From the NCBI GenBank assembly GCA_018812825.1, contig JAHJCJ010000067.1:383-64382 (forward strand): 64,000 bases of DNA. The letters are read 5' to 3'. Origin of the DNA: Candidatus Omnitrophota bacterium (GTDB lineage Bacteria > Omnitrophota > Gorgyraeia > Gygaellales > Profunditerraquicolaceae). Of this stretch, positions 18,717-27,646 are shown piece after piece. Within the stretch, counting starts at the first letter, position 1, and each line of letters begins with the position of its first letter. Position numbers and translations under genes: made by a program. Below the pieces are notes generated by a model, which ran no database searches, was not told the origin of the DNA, and saw only the letters and a program-made list of their open reading frames with translations.

Positions 18717-20113
18717 ATTGCAAATTACAGTCTGCCTATATTGACCGAGTTAATGATTTTAGAAATCATGTTTTCGAGGAAATAAATAAAAAAGATCAAT
18801 ATCGCCTTTGGTCTGTCAAAACCCTGCGTAATGTAAAGGAGGCTATTGTTATCAGCTCTGCTTCTAGGTCAGGCTCGAGCCTCTTATTTTCATTACTAAA
18901 GAAGGTTCCTCAGCTTTACTCTTTAAGCGGGGAGAGTGTGCCTTTTTATAAATTAAACGGCCTATCTTCGGATATCTTTCCTTCAGATGAGATCCCTAAG
19001 GAAGTTATGGAAAAAAGAAAATATACCTTTGGTCTTTCCCGTGATTTTTTAAGTGATTTTTCTTCAGGTGGTGACCCCGGAGATATCTTCAGGGATAGAA
19101 AACTGTTTAGCCAGTATATCGAAGATCTTACATTGAGATTTCCATTACAATGGCCCCAGGTAAACTTTTCCTTCGGGTTTTTAAAAAAATCAATAATGCG
19201 AGCATTTGATATCTATGCGAACAACCATCAAATATTTTGCAAAGAAACATTTTATCTTGAGCTGCTTTCGCAGTTGCGGAGGGAATATAAAACCATAAAT
19301 CCTTATTATTATGATATTCCCGTCACGTTGGTTAAGAGGAAATTTCCCGGGTTAAAAATTCCATTAGCCCCACCGAGCCGCATCCTGACAATTGAAGAGC
19401 CACCCTTTATTTTATTATCACCTTGCAGAAAAATCGATGAGATGGACCTTTTAGGAAAGTCTCTGCTTTTGAAATCTTCGGCAGATTGCTATCGAATGGG
19501 TTTTATCAAAGCACTCTTGCCCAATGCCAGGATTAAGATAATTTATTTGACCAGGAATCCCGCTGCTTCGATTAATGGTTTATATGACGGCTGGCTTCAT
19601 AGGGGATTTTTTTCTCATAATTTGAAATGTTCCTTGGCTAATGCGAATAATTCCTTGTCAAAGAGCCTGAATATACGCGGATATTCAGGCCGGCATGAAT
19701 GGGGGAGATGGTGGTGGAAATATGATTTGCCTTTTGGATGGCTAGATTACACGCAAAGCCCGCTTGAAGAAGTATGCGCCTTTCAATGGGTTTCCGCAAA
19801 CAGGGCACTGCAGGAATATTTGAATAAAAGTAAAAAACAATATTTACAGGTTAAGCATGAAAACATCATTAAAAACTTAGAATCACGAAAGAAAGAGATA
19901 AATAAAATCCTGAGTTTTATCGGTATTCGCCGAAGCGCGGTAAATCAATTGAATTTAAGCAGATTGCCTGTTATCCAGGCCACAAGCGCGCCTAAGGCCT
20001 ATAGATGGAAAAAAAGAATAAACATACTTGCTCCGCTTATCAGTAATCCTGTAATAGCCAATATGAGTTTTCAGCTGGGATATAAAAGAGATAGAATCGA
20101 GGAGTGGTTATGA
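18707..20113 (+). CDS. Second sulfotransferase-family protein (divergent)
   Basis: 'VISSASRSGSSLLFSLLKK' P-loop-like PAPS-binding motif and 'IIYLTRNPAASINGLYDGW' 3'-PB-like motif; its start overlaps the stop of the previous gene. Confidence 0.5.
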   Translation: MELDCKLQSAYIDRVNDFRNHVFEEINKKDQYRLWSVKTLRNVKEAIVISSASRSGSSLLFSLLKKVPQLYSLSGESVPFYKLNGLSSDIFPSDEIPKEVMEKRKYTFGLSRDFLSDFSSGGDPGDIFRDRKLFSQYIEDLTLRFPLQWPQVNFSFGFLKKSIMRAFDIYANNHQIFCKETFYLELLSQLRREYKTINPYYYDIPVTLVKRKFPGLKIPLAPPSRILTIEEPPFILLSPCRKIDEMDLLGKSLLLKSSADCYRMGFIKALLPNARIKIIYLTRNPAASINGLYDGWLHRGFFSHNLKCSLANANNSLSKSLNIRGYSGRHEWGRWWWKYDLPFGWLDYTQSPLEEVCAFQWVSANRALQEYLNKSKKQYLQVKHENIIKNLESRKKEINKILSFIGIRRSAVNQLNLSRLPVIQATSAPKAYRWKKRINILAPLISNPVIANMSFQLGYKRDRIEEWL

Positions 20114-21039
20114 TGTTTGCGCATACTATCGGTTCGGAATATAAGCCATTAAAGGCAGTATTGCTCTATAAACCTGGCCCTTTTATTGAGAATATTGATA
20201 TTCCTCGGGAGGTTCTGCATCTGGGAAGTATTAGTTATTCGGTTTTAACAAGAGAATATGCAGAGATGGTCAATGCCTATAAGAAGCTCAAGATAAAGAC
20301 TTATTTTATAAATGCTGATAAAATAAGTAATGATGATAACCACGGTTTGTTTAATCTTATGTTCATAAGGGACCTTTTTCTTATGACTCCTTCTGGGGCA
20401 ATTATTTCTAGAATGTTTTCAAAAGTTAGGCGAGCGGAAGAGGGGTACGCAAAAATGACCCTAAGCGGTATGGGTGTGCGAATAAGGAGAATTGTTCGGG
20501 CTGGCGCAACATTTGAAGGAGCTGATGCTTTATGGCTTCGTGATAGATTGATGATGGTGGGGGTGGGTAAACGAACAAATATTAATGGTTTTCGTGAGAT
20601 CAAGGAAGAGTTAAAGAAAGATAACATTGAATGTTTAAGCTTTCCTGCTCCGCAGGCTACGCTTCATCTTCTGGGTGCGTTGCAATTTGTTGATTCGGCG
20701 CTTGCCCTGGTTAGGGTGGATCTAGTGGATGTAGGTATTTTAAATTTCTTGAAACAAAATAAAATAAAAATAATAAGTATACCCGAAAATGCAGAAGTAA
20801 GGAAAAAGCAGGCAATGAATTTTGTAGTAATAGCTCCGAGGAAAATAGTTATGCCGGCGGATTGCCCCAAAACACGCAGAATATATGAACGTTTTGGTAT
20901 TAAAATTGCCGCTGAAGTTAAAATCACTCAACTTGTTAACGGCGGCGGTGGCCTTGCCTGTGCAACTGGTATTTTGACGAGGAAGCCAGAGGCAACGCAT
21001 TCCTGGCACCCAAACATCAATAATAAAATTAGTAAATAA
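20104..21039 (+). CDS. Amidinotransferase/DDAH/arginine-deiminase-superfamily enzyme (guanidino-group modifying)
   Basis: C-terminal 'NGGGGLACATGILTRKP' with a catalytic-Cys context typical of the amidinotransferase superfamily; ~310 aa. Confidence 0.55.
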   Translation: MVMMFAHTIGSEYKPLKAVLLYKPGPFIENIDIPREVLHLGSISYSVLTREYAEMVNAYKKLKIKTYFINADKISNDDNHGLFNLMFIRDLFLMTPSGAIISRMFSKVRRAEEGYAKMTLSGMGVRIRRIVRAGATFEGADALWLRDRLMMVGVGKRTNINGFREIKEELKKDNIECLSFPAPQATLHLLGALQFVDSALALVRVDLVDVGILNFLKQNKIKIISIPENAEVRKKQAMNFVVIAPRKIVMPADCPKTRRIYERFGIKIAAEVKITQLVNGGGGLACATGILTRKPEATHSWHPNINNKISK

Positions 21040-21116
21040 CCTAAATATATGATAAAATATTTTCAAATTGCCCCTTCGGTTTATTAATCCCTATTCTTTA
21101 AGATTCAAAGGAGGAG

Positions 21117-22043
21117 ATGGGTATGTATAATGGCCACAAAAGATATGCCTTATTTATCGGCAGATGGCAACCGTTTCATAATGGGCATAAATATTTGATC
21201 GATGAGGCATTGTCAAAGGGTGAAAATGTTTGCATAGCGATAAGGGATACAGAAAACTCAGCCAAGAATCCTTATACCGCTGAACAAAGAGTCGAAATGA
21301 TTAAAAGAGTTTACGGAGACAGGGTGGAAGTAGCTATTATGCCTGATATCAAGAGTATAAATATAGGCAGAAATGTGGGTTACGAGGTTAATATCGTTGA
21401 ACCCCCCGCTAACGTAGGGAGTATTTCCGGAACAAACGTACGTGCGGGCAAAGATGATAATGTCCCTGTGGAAGTGGCAGAGTATATAAAATTATTGCGC
21501 ACCACTTTGTGGCTTACAGGAATTCCCTGCTCAGGGAAGACCACCTTATCTAAGAGACTGAAAGAGGAATTAGATAATCGCGGATTTAAGGCAGTCCATC
21601 TGGACGCAGATGATTTGCGGAATAAATTGAATGTGGATTTGGGATTTTCTGCTGAAGACAGGAGAGAAAATTTACGGCGCGTAGCCCATGTAGCTAAGTT
21701 ATTCAACGATAATGGCAATTTTGTAATTGCTAGTTTTGTTTCTCCGACTGATGAATACCGCAATATGGTAAAGGAAATTATCGGTAATTTTAAATTGGCT
21801 TATCTGAAATGCAGCCTTAAGATCTGTGAAGGAAGAGACGTTAAGGGAATGTATAAAAAGGCTAGAAGCGGCGAGATTAAAGAATTTACAGGCGTCTCTG
21901 CGGTTTTCGAAGAACCATCTAATGCCGACATTATCGTTGACACCGAGAATTACGGGATAGAGGAATGTGTAAATGGAATATTGAATAGGATCGGTGTTCA
22001 GTCGGTGACAAAGCATAATTTGCATTTGTGTAGCAAAAAATAA
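21117..22043 (+). CDS. cysC: Fusion: NadM-like HIGH-motif nucleotidyltransferase domain (N) + adenylylsulfate (APS) kinase domain (C)
   Basis: N-terminal 'YALFIGRWQPFHNGHKYLIDEAL' (cytidylyl/adenylyltransferase HxGH fold, archaeal NMNAT-like); C-terminal 'LWLTGIPCSGKTTLSKRL...HLDADDLRNKLNVDLGFSAEDRRENLRRVAHVAKLF' (APS kinase P-loop and 'DGD..R..L..DLGFS..DR.EN.RR' motif). Confidence 0.75.
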   Translation: MGMYNGHKRYALFIGRWQPFHNGHKYLIDEALSKGENVCIAIRDTENSAKNPYTAEQRVEMIKRVYGDRVEVAIMPDIKSINIGRNVGYEVNIVEPPANVGSISGTNVRAGKDDNVPVEVAEYIKLLRTTLWLTGIPCSGKTTLSKRLKEELDNRGFKAVHLDADDLRNKLNVDLGFSAEDRRENLRRVAHVAKLFNDNGNFVIASFVSPTDEYRNMVKEIIGNFKLAYLKCSLKICEGRDVKGMYKKARSGEIKEFTGVSAVFEEPSNADIIVDTENYGIEECVNGILNRIGVQSVTKHNLHLCSKK

Positions 22044-22047
22044 CATA

Positions 22048-22821
22048 ATGGGTTGTGAAAATATAAACAAGGTATTGAGCCCGGAGCATAAACTTAAAAA
22101 ACAGTTTGATTTGCGTTGTGCTGAATTCGATCTCTCTGCTAACTGGATTACGAATAAAGAACTTATCCGTAGCCACATAGATTTAGCAGGTCCGTCTTGC
22201 GGCAGGGCATTAGACTTGTGCTGTGGTACTGGTCAAATTGGCCGCGCTTTAAAAAGTCAGGGTTGGGATGTTTACGGCTTGGATATTTCTGATGGCATGG
22301 CCAGGATGTCGTCGCGGTATTTCCCGGTCTCAAAATGCGCAGCCGAAAGAATGCCTTTTTCCTCCCATTATTTTCATCTGGTAGTGTGTCGTCAGACATT
22401 TCAATTTTTAAATGCCCAAAAAGTTTTATCTGAGGTGGCAAGGGTTTTAGCTCCTCAGGGGGTTTTTATTTTAAGCCTTACTGTACCGTTTTCCGATAAG
22501 GATTATGACTGGCTATATAAGATTCACCGGGTAAAACAGCCTTTGCTTTTAAAGTTTTACACGGCCCTGAATTTGATGGATGAATTGCGAAGAAAAAATT
22601 TCTTAATCGAAGAAACAAGGATTCTAAAAGTACGAGAATCAGTTACGCGTTGGATGCAGCATGCCCCGGAGTTGAATCACAAAATACGGGATAAAGTCAT
22701 CTTAATGGTAAAAAACGCGCCCGCAGATTACAAAAAGATTCATAATGTAGAAATAACGGGTAAAGAAGTGTTGGAAGACTGGAATTGGGTTATTTTTAAA
22801 GCAAGTTTTCGTAAAAACTAA
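22048..22821 (+). CDS. Class I SAM-dependent methyltransferase (copy 1)
   Basis: Motif I 'ALDLCCGTGQIGRAL' and 'VVCRQTFQFL...RVLAPQGVF'; paralog of the ORF at 24254. Confidence 0.8.
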   Translation: MGCENINKVLSPEHKLKKQFDLRCAEFDLSANWITNKELIRSHIDLAGPSCGRALDLCCGTGQIGRALKSQGWDVYGLDISDGMARMSSRYFPVSKCAAERMPFSSHYFHLVVCRQTFQFLNAQKVLSEVARVLAPQGVFILSLTVPFSDKDYDWLYKIHRVKQPLLLKFYTALNLMDELRRKNFLIEETRILKVRESVTRWMQHAPELNHKIRDKVILMVKNAPADYKKIHNVEITGKEVLEDWNWVIFKASFRKN

Positions 22822-22851
22822 GGTTTATACGTAGGTTACTAGAAAACATAT

Positions 22852-24297
22852 ATGGATAAATTGCCCGGATGCCACTATAATTATTCTCCTGAAGTAGACC
22901 CCCAAGAGGATGTTCTGCGAAAAATAGCTTATTCAAAATATCCGCGTAGGAACACCGGAAGAGTTGTTCTTATTGTGCCTCCTTCCCCGCAGATTCCCAC
23001 GCCAGGCAGGGAGTTTTTAGTAACAGGCCCTTTCGAAGGCTTTACTTGCGTAGCAACTTTAATTAAAAAAATGGGGTATGCATTAACGATCATTGATTGT
23101 CGCCTGAAAGAAGGCATTGATAGGCTTGTATTGGATGGCATAAAAGATGCAGAGATTATCGGGATAGCCACCTATTGTGATTCTTTTATTTTTCTGCGGG
23201 AAATTACCCAATTGATAAAAGAGGTTTCTCCAAAAAAACCGATATTTTTGGGTGGTCCCCTTGTTACTTCTTTACCCGAGATTGTGCTTAAAAATACTGC
23301 TGCTGACTATGCAATTTTGGGAGAAGGAGAGCTTACAATTATTGAATTTCTTGATATGTACTTCAGTAAGAGGAAAACCGACTTTACGAATATAAAGGGA
23401 ATGGCTTATAAGGATAGTAAGGGCCGGATAATAATTAATCCAAAGAGGGCACAGATTAAAAATCTCGATAATCTGCCTTTTTTGGATTATTCTATTTGGT
23501 CCAATTATGAAAGTATTGTTAGGAATGGCCAAATATTGCTCTCATCAATGAGAGGTTGTCCCCAAGAATGCTCCTTTTGTTTTAAAACCATTCCTGCCCT
23601 TAGATTAAAAAGTCTTGGAAGGTTTGAAGAAGAAGTAGCCTATCTTAAGCAGGCGACAAGATTTGACTATGCTTGGTTGAATGATTTGACGTTTAATGTT
23701 ATTGAAGAGAGGGCGATCAAGGTATGCAGAATTTTAAAAACATATGATGTCAAGTATCATTGTTTTGCGCGTGTGCAAAAAGTAAGTGCGGCATTGGTAA
23801 AGACATTGGAAGAAACAGGATGCTTGGGGGTATGGTTTGGCATAGAGTCTTATGACCAGAAAATCCTTGATGAGAACAGAAAGAATGTCAGCATTGAAGA
23901 AATAAATAAGGCTGTTAAAATTGCTCAAGAGGCTGGGCTGGCCGTAAGAGGGCTTTTTATTGTCGGTTTGTATGGAGAAACAGAGGGTTCTTTAAAAAAG
24001 ATGCTGGATTTTATTACAGAGAGCAGATTCTTGCCTTTAGTCAAATATCTTGTTCCCTTTCCGGGAACAAGTTTATACCAATATGCAGTCCACTCCGGAA
24101 AAATAAAAGACACCATTGAATTTCTGGAGATGCTTTCTAGAAGAAAAGTAAGCGATTATGATGATGAGATAATTAACCTTACGGGCTTAAAGGAAGAAAC
24201 CCTGAGATATTATTTTCATCGAATATGGAAAATAACTAAGGAAAGAGAGGATTGTGTTGATTACCAGTGTACTCTTAGCACGCGTAAGCCCGGTTAA
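22852..24297 (+). CDS. B12-binding radical SAM enzyme (copy 1)
   Basis: N-terminal B12-binding-like domain then the CxxxCxxC cluster 'MRGCPQECSFC'; ~480 aa, typical of class B radical SAM enzymes. Confidence 0.8.
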   Translation: MDKLPGCHYNYSPEVDPQEDVLRKIAYSKYPRRNTGRVVLIVPPSPQIPTPGREFLVTGPFEGFTCVATLIKKMGYALTIIDCRLKEGIDRLVLDGIKDAEIIGIATYCDSFIFLREITQLIKEVSPKKPIFLGGPLVTSLPEIVLKNTAADYAILGEGELTIIEFLDMYFSKRKTDFTNIKGMAYKDSKGRIIINPKRAQIKNLDNLPFLDYSIWSNYESIVRNGQILLSSMRGCPQECSFCFKTIPALRLKSLGRFEEEVAYLKQATRFDYAWLNDLTFNVIEERAIKVCRILKTYDVKYHCFARVQKVSAALVKTLEETGCLGVWFGIESYDQKILDENRKNVSIEEINKAVKIAQEAGLAVRGLFIVGLYGETEGSLKKMLDFITESRFLPLVKYLVPFPGTSLYQYAVHSGKIKDTIEFLEMLSRRKVSDYDDEIINLTGLKEETLRYYFHRIWKITKEREDCVDYQCTLSTRKPG

Positions 24298-25030
24298 CCA
24301 TTTCCAAAAAAGGGCAGAGAAGTATGATTGCTCATCTGAATGGGTGCATGATCCAGTTCTCATTAATAAGATAAAAGATCTGGTTGGGGCAGGTCCTGAT
24401 GAGTATCTGCTTGATATAGGTGTGGGAACAGGAAAAATCAGCCGTGCGTTCAAAGGAGAGGTTAGCTGTCTTTTTGGAGTGGACATATGTATGGGGATGG
24501 TTAAGCAGGCCAGGTTGTTTACCGACAAAATTATATTATCTTATGCAGAAAAATTGCCGTTTAAGGATAATATCTTTGATGTTTGTGTTTGCCGGCAGGC
24601 ATTACAGTTTATGAGACTTGAAGAGGTATGTTCTGAAATGCACAGGGTTTTAAAACCTGGCGGCCGTTTGGTATTGTGTCATTTAACCGCATATGGCGAG
24701 GGAGACAAAAAAGAAACCTTTTTAATTCAGAAGTTGCGTAATCCTGCACGTAAGAATTTTTTCTTACCGGGAGATTTTCCTGAGATGCTCAAGAAATATA
24801 AGTTTTCCGATCTAAAATCTTTCGCATACATTACAAGAGAGTCGGTTAATCAATGGATTAACCATGGCGCCATCTGTGAAGATGATAGAGTAAAGATCAG
24901 GGAAGCTTATAGAAAGGCATCGGGTGATTTCAAAAGAATACATAAGATACAATTCAGTGATACGGACATTTTTGACTCAATGAAGATGGTTCTTGTAAGG
25001 GCTATAAAGAAAAAAAGCCGGTTAGATTGA
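24254..25030 (+). CDS. Class I SAM-dependent methyltransferase (copy 2)
   Basis: Motif I 'LLDIGVGTGKISRAF', 'VCVCRQALQFM...RVLKPGGRL'; clearly paralogous to 22048; exact start uncertain (the track start is a TTG overlapping the upstream gene). Confidence 0.75.
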   Translation: MLITSVLLARVSPVNHFQKRAEKYDCSSEWVHDPVLINKIKDLVGAGPDEYLLDIGVGTGKISRAFKGEVSCLFGVDICMGMVKQARLFTDKIILSYAEKLPFKDNIFDVCVCRQALQFMRLEEVCSEMHRVLKPGGRLVLCHLTAYGEGDKKETFLIQKLRNPARKNFFLPGDFPEMLKKYKFSDLKSFAYITRESVNQWINHGAICEDDRVKIREAYRKASGDFKRIHKIQFSDTDIFDSMKMVLVRAIKKKSRLD

Positions 25031-25060
25031 ATAAGGCAATAGAGAGCACTATCCAAGTAT

Positions 25061-26497
25061 ATGAATAATATAACCCTGGTTAATATTACCATTGCCAAGA
25101 ATTTTAATGAAAAGGTGGTTTATAAGCATAATTCAGTGGGGATTTTCTTACTTATCGCCGTACTGGAGAGGTCAGGTTATAAGGTAAGTTTTTATGAATA
25201 TTGCATGGAGTATAAAAGAAAACTTACTGAGGAAATCAATGAATTTATTAATACCATAGATACGGTACCTCCCATGGTAGGTATCGGGTGTCATTCTGTG
25301 CATCTTCCCTTTGTGGTTAAGGCCGCAGAAGAGCTCAAAAAAAGATTCCCCGGTAAAGTTATCATCTTGGGAGGCGCAGGCCCGTCAGCTGTAGCAGAAG
25401 ATTTGTTGAAAAAATTCGATTTTATAGACGCAGTCGTAGTCGGCGAGGGTGAAGAAACTATCGTTGAAATTGCAAAGAAAGGTTTAAGTGAGTTTAGGGA
25501 GATAAAAGGCATAGTTTACAGGGAAGCTGATAAGGTGCATGTAAATAGCCCACGGCCGCATATAGATGAATTGGACAAGCTTCCGCTCCCGGCGTATCAT
25601 GCCGTAAACTTTAAAGAACAATACCAAATCGCAACTGTGATTACTTCTCGCGGTTGTCCTTTTCATTGCAAGTTCTGCAGTTTGACGGATTTTGACGGGA
25701 AAAAGGTCCGCTATAATTCCATTGATAATGTAATTCATGAATTAAGAATTCTATCTGTTGAGTATGGTTTTAAAGATTTATTTTTTGTTGACCCTACATT
25801 TACGGTTAATAAAAAACGGACGATAGAGTTATGCCGCAGGATCCGGGAAGAAAATTTAGGCTTGAGTTGGTTTTGTATGACGCGCGTGGAGTGTATGGAT
25901 GAAGAATTATTGGAGGAGATGGGGAGAAGCGGGTGCAAAACTATTTTTTATGGCTTAGATACAGGTAGTGAAGAGGTGCTTAAGAAAATTAAAAGAGGTT
26001 TTGGCATAAAAGATGCCCTGAATATTATTGAGAAATCTGTACGATATATTAATATGGTTGAAATAGGCCTTATGTGGGGCTTCCCTTTTGAATCGCTTAA
26101 TGATTTCAAAGAAACTTTAAGGATCCGTACATATCTTGAGGAGGAGTTGGGTTGTAACGTACAATTGCGCTGGTTAGAGCCGTATCCAGCGACATCGCTT
26201 TTTCAAGAGTATAAAAAAGATTTATTCCTGCCTAAAAGCCAAAGTCTTATGTTCCAGCCGGAAACAATAGAAAAACTTATCATTTCAGGAAAGAATTTTT
26301 ACCGCGCCTCCGGGGATACATGTCGCATACCTGCCGATGTAACCAGTATACGTTTCATCATAGCCGCCTCCCATACCGCAAATATATGCCGTGATATTAT
26401 TGAAGAAAACCCATATCTTTTTAGCGACTTTTACCGTTACAAAACCTTCGATTTAGAAGAAAAACTTAAGCTCGCCAGCCGTTACAGTATTTATTAA
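25061..26497 (+). CDS. B12-binding radical SAM enzyme (copy 2)
   Basis: 'TSRGCPFHCKFCS' CxxxCxxC motif with a preceding B12-binding-type domain ('VIILGGAGPSA'); paralog of 22852. Confidence 0.8.
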   Translation: MNNITLVNITIAKNFNEKVVYKHNSVGIFLLIAVLERSGYKVSFYEYCMEYKRKLTEEINEFINTIDTVPPMVGIGCHSVHLPFVVKAAEELKKRFPGKVIILGGAGPSAVAEDLLKKFDFIDAVVVGEGEETIVEIAKKGLSEFREIKGIVYREADKVHVNSPRPHIDELDKLPLPAYHAVNFKEQYQIATVITSRGCPFHCKFCSLTDFDGKKVRYNSIDNVIHELRILSVEYGFKDLFFVDPTFTVNKKRTIELCRRIREENLGLSWFCMTRVECMDEELLEEMGRSGCKTIFYGLDTGSEEVLKKIKRGFGIKDALNIIEKSVRYINMVEIGLMWGFPFESLNDFKETLRIRTYLEEELGCNVQLRWLEPYPATSLFQEYKKDLFLPKSQSLMFQPETIEKLIISGKNFYRASGDTCRIPADVTSIRFIIAASHTANICRDIIEENPYLFSDFYRYKTFDLEEKLKLASRYSIY

Positions 26498-26712
26498 GTT
26501 TTTGTTTAACCTAAATTTTGTTGAGATTTATATTGCGGATGATTTATTTGCAATGGCCGCGGAAGTATAAGTTTGAATGCGTAACGCGGGCACTATTTGG
26601 TTTGGAATTGCGGCAAAACTGTTATATAATAATAAATAATACTTTTCTTTTGAGTTATCAATGAGTTTTATTTGCTAGCCCGTATAGAGCGGGTAAATCA
26701 AGGAGGCAGATA

Positions 26713-27639
26713 ATGGGCAATGAGGATATCTATAAATTAGTTGCAAACATAGAAAAAGTTATTGTAGGCAAAACCGAAACAGTAAAAATGCTGGTTATAG
26801 GGTTATTGACTAATGGCCATATTTTGATAGAAGATATCCCCGGCATGGGAAAGACAATGCTTGCATTAACGTTAGCTAAATCTATAAGTGGAGAGTTTAA
26901 GAGGATACAGGCTACTCCGGATTTGCTACCCACAGATATTACTGGTGGGTTTGTTTATAGCCCCAAGACAGGAGAGTTTGATTTTAAAAAAGGTCCGGTG
27001 TTTACGCATATCCTTCTGGTTGACGAAATTAACAGGACTACGCCGCGTACGCAATCTGCTCTTCTTGAGTGTATGCAGGAGTATAAAGTTACCGTTGAAG
27101 GAATGACATTTGCCTTGCCAAATCCTTTTATGACCGTTGCTACACAGAATCCTATTGAATATCAGGGGACATACGCTTTACCTGAAGCCCAAATAGATAG
27201 GTTTTTGATGAAAATCAACATAGGGTATCCGTCTCTGGTAGAAGAAATAAAGGTTATTTCTGAACAAAAGATTAAACATCCAGTAGAAAGCGTTATGCCG
27301 GTTATGACTCTCGAGGATGTTGTGAAGCTTCAGGAACAGGTAAAAAAAGTTCAAGTTTCTTCAGAGGTATTGGAATACATCGTTAAATTGGTATCCTCAA
27401 CCCGCAAGTCAGATGTAGTAAAACAGGGCGCAAGCCCGCGTGCATCGATTGCCATCATGAAAGCAAGCTGTGCCTGGGCATTCATCGAGGGTAGGGATTA
27501 TGTTATACCCGATGATGTTATTAAGCTCCTGCCACGTGTCTTGAAGCATAGGATCGTATTGCATCCAAAGGCCATGATTTCCGGAATGACGCCTGAATTG
27601 GTTGTAGAAGGCATATTGAAACAAATCCCAATTTCCTGA
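26713..27639 (+). CDS. MoxR-family AAA+ ATPase
   Basis: Walker A 'GMGKTM', Walker B 'LLVDEINRTTPRTQSALLECMQE', and the 'VTVEG..F.LP.PF.V.ATQNP' signature of MoxR/RavA. Confidence 0.85.
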   Translation: MGNEDIYKLVANIEKVIVGKTETVKMLVIGLLTNGHILIEDIPGMGKTMLALTLAKSISGEFKRIQATPDLLPTDITGGFVYSPKTGEFDFKKGPVFTHILLVDEINRTTPRTQSALLECMQEYKVTVEGMTFALPNPFMTVATQNPIEYQGTYALPEAQIDRFLMKINIGYPSLVEEIKVISEQKIKHPVESVMPVMTLEDVVKLQEQVKKVQVSSEVLEYIVKLVSSTRKSDVVKQGASPRASIAIMKASCAWAFIEGRDYVIPDDVIKLLPRVLKHRIVLHPKAMISGMTPELVVEGILKQIPIS

Positions 27640-27646
27640 TTTAAGC

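Noticed and set aside
24254-24297. 44-nt overlap between the radical SAM ORF (ends 24297) and the methyltransferase ORF (track start 24254)
   Set aside because: Probably an artefact of the track choosing the first TTG. The real MT start is likely further downstream, so I do not interpret it as a programmed overlap or fusion.
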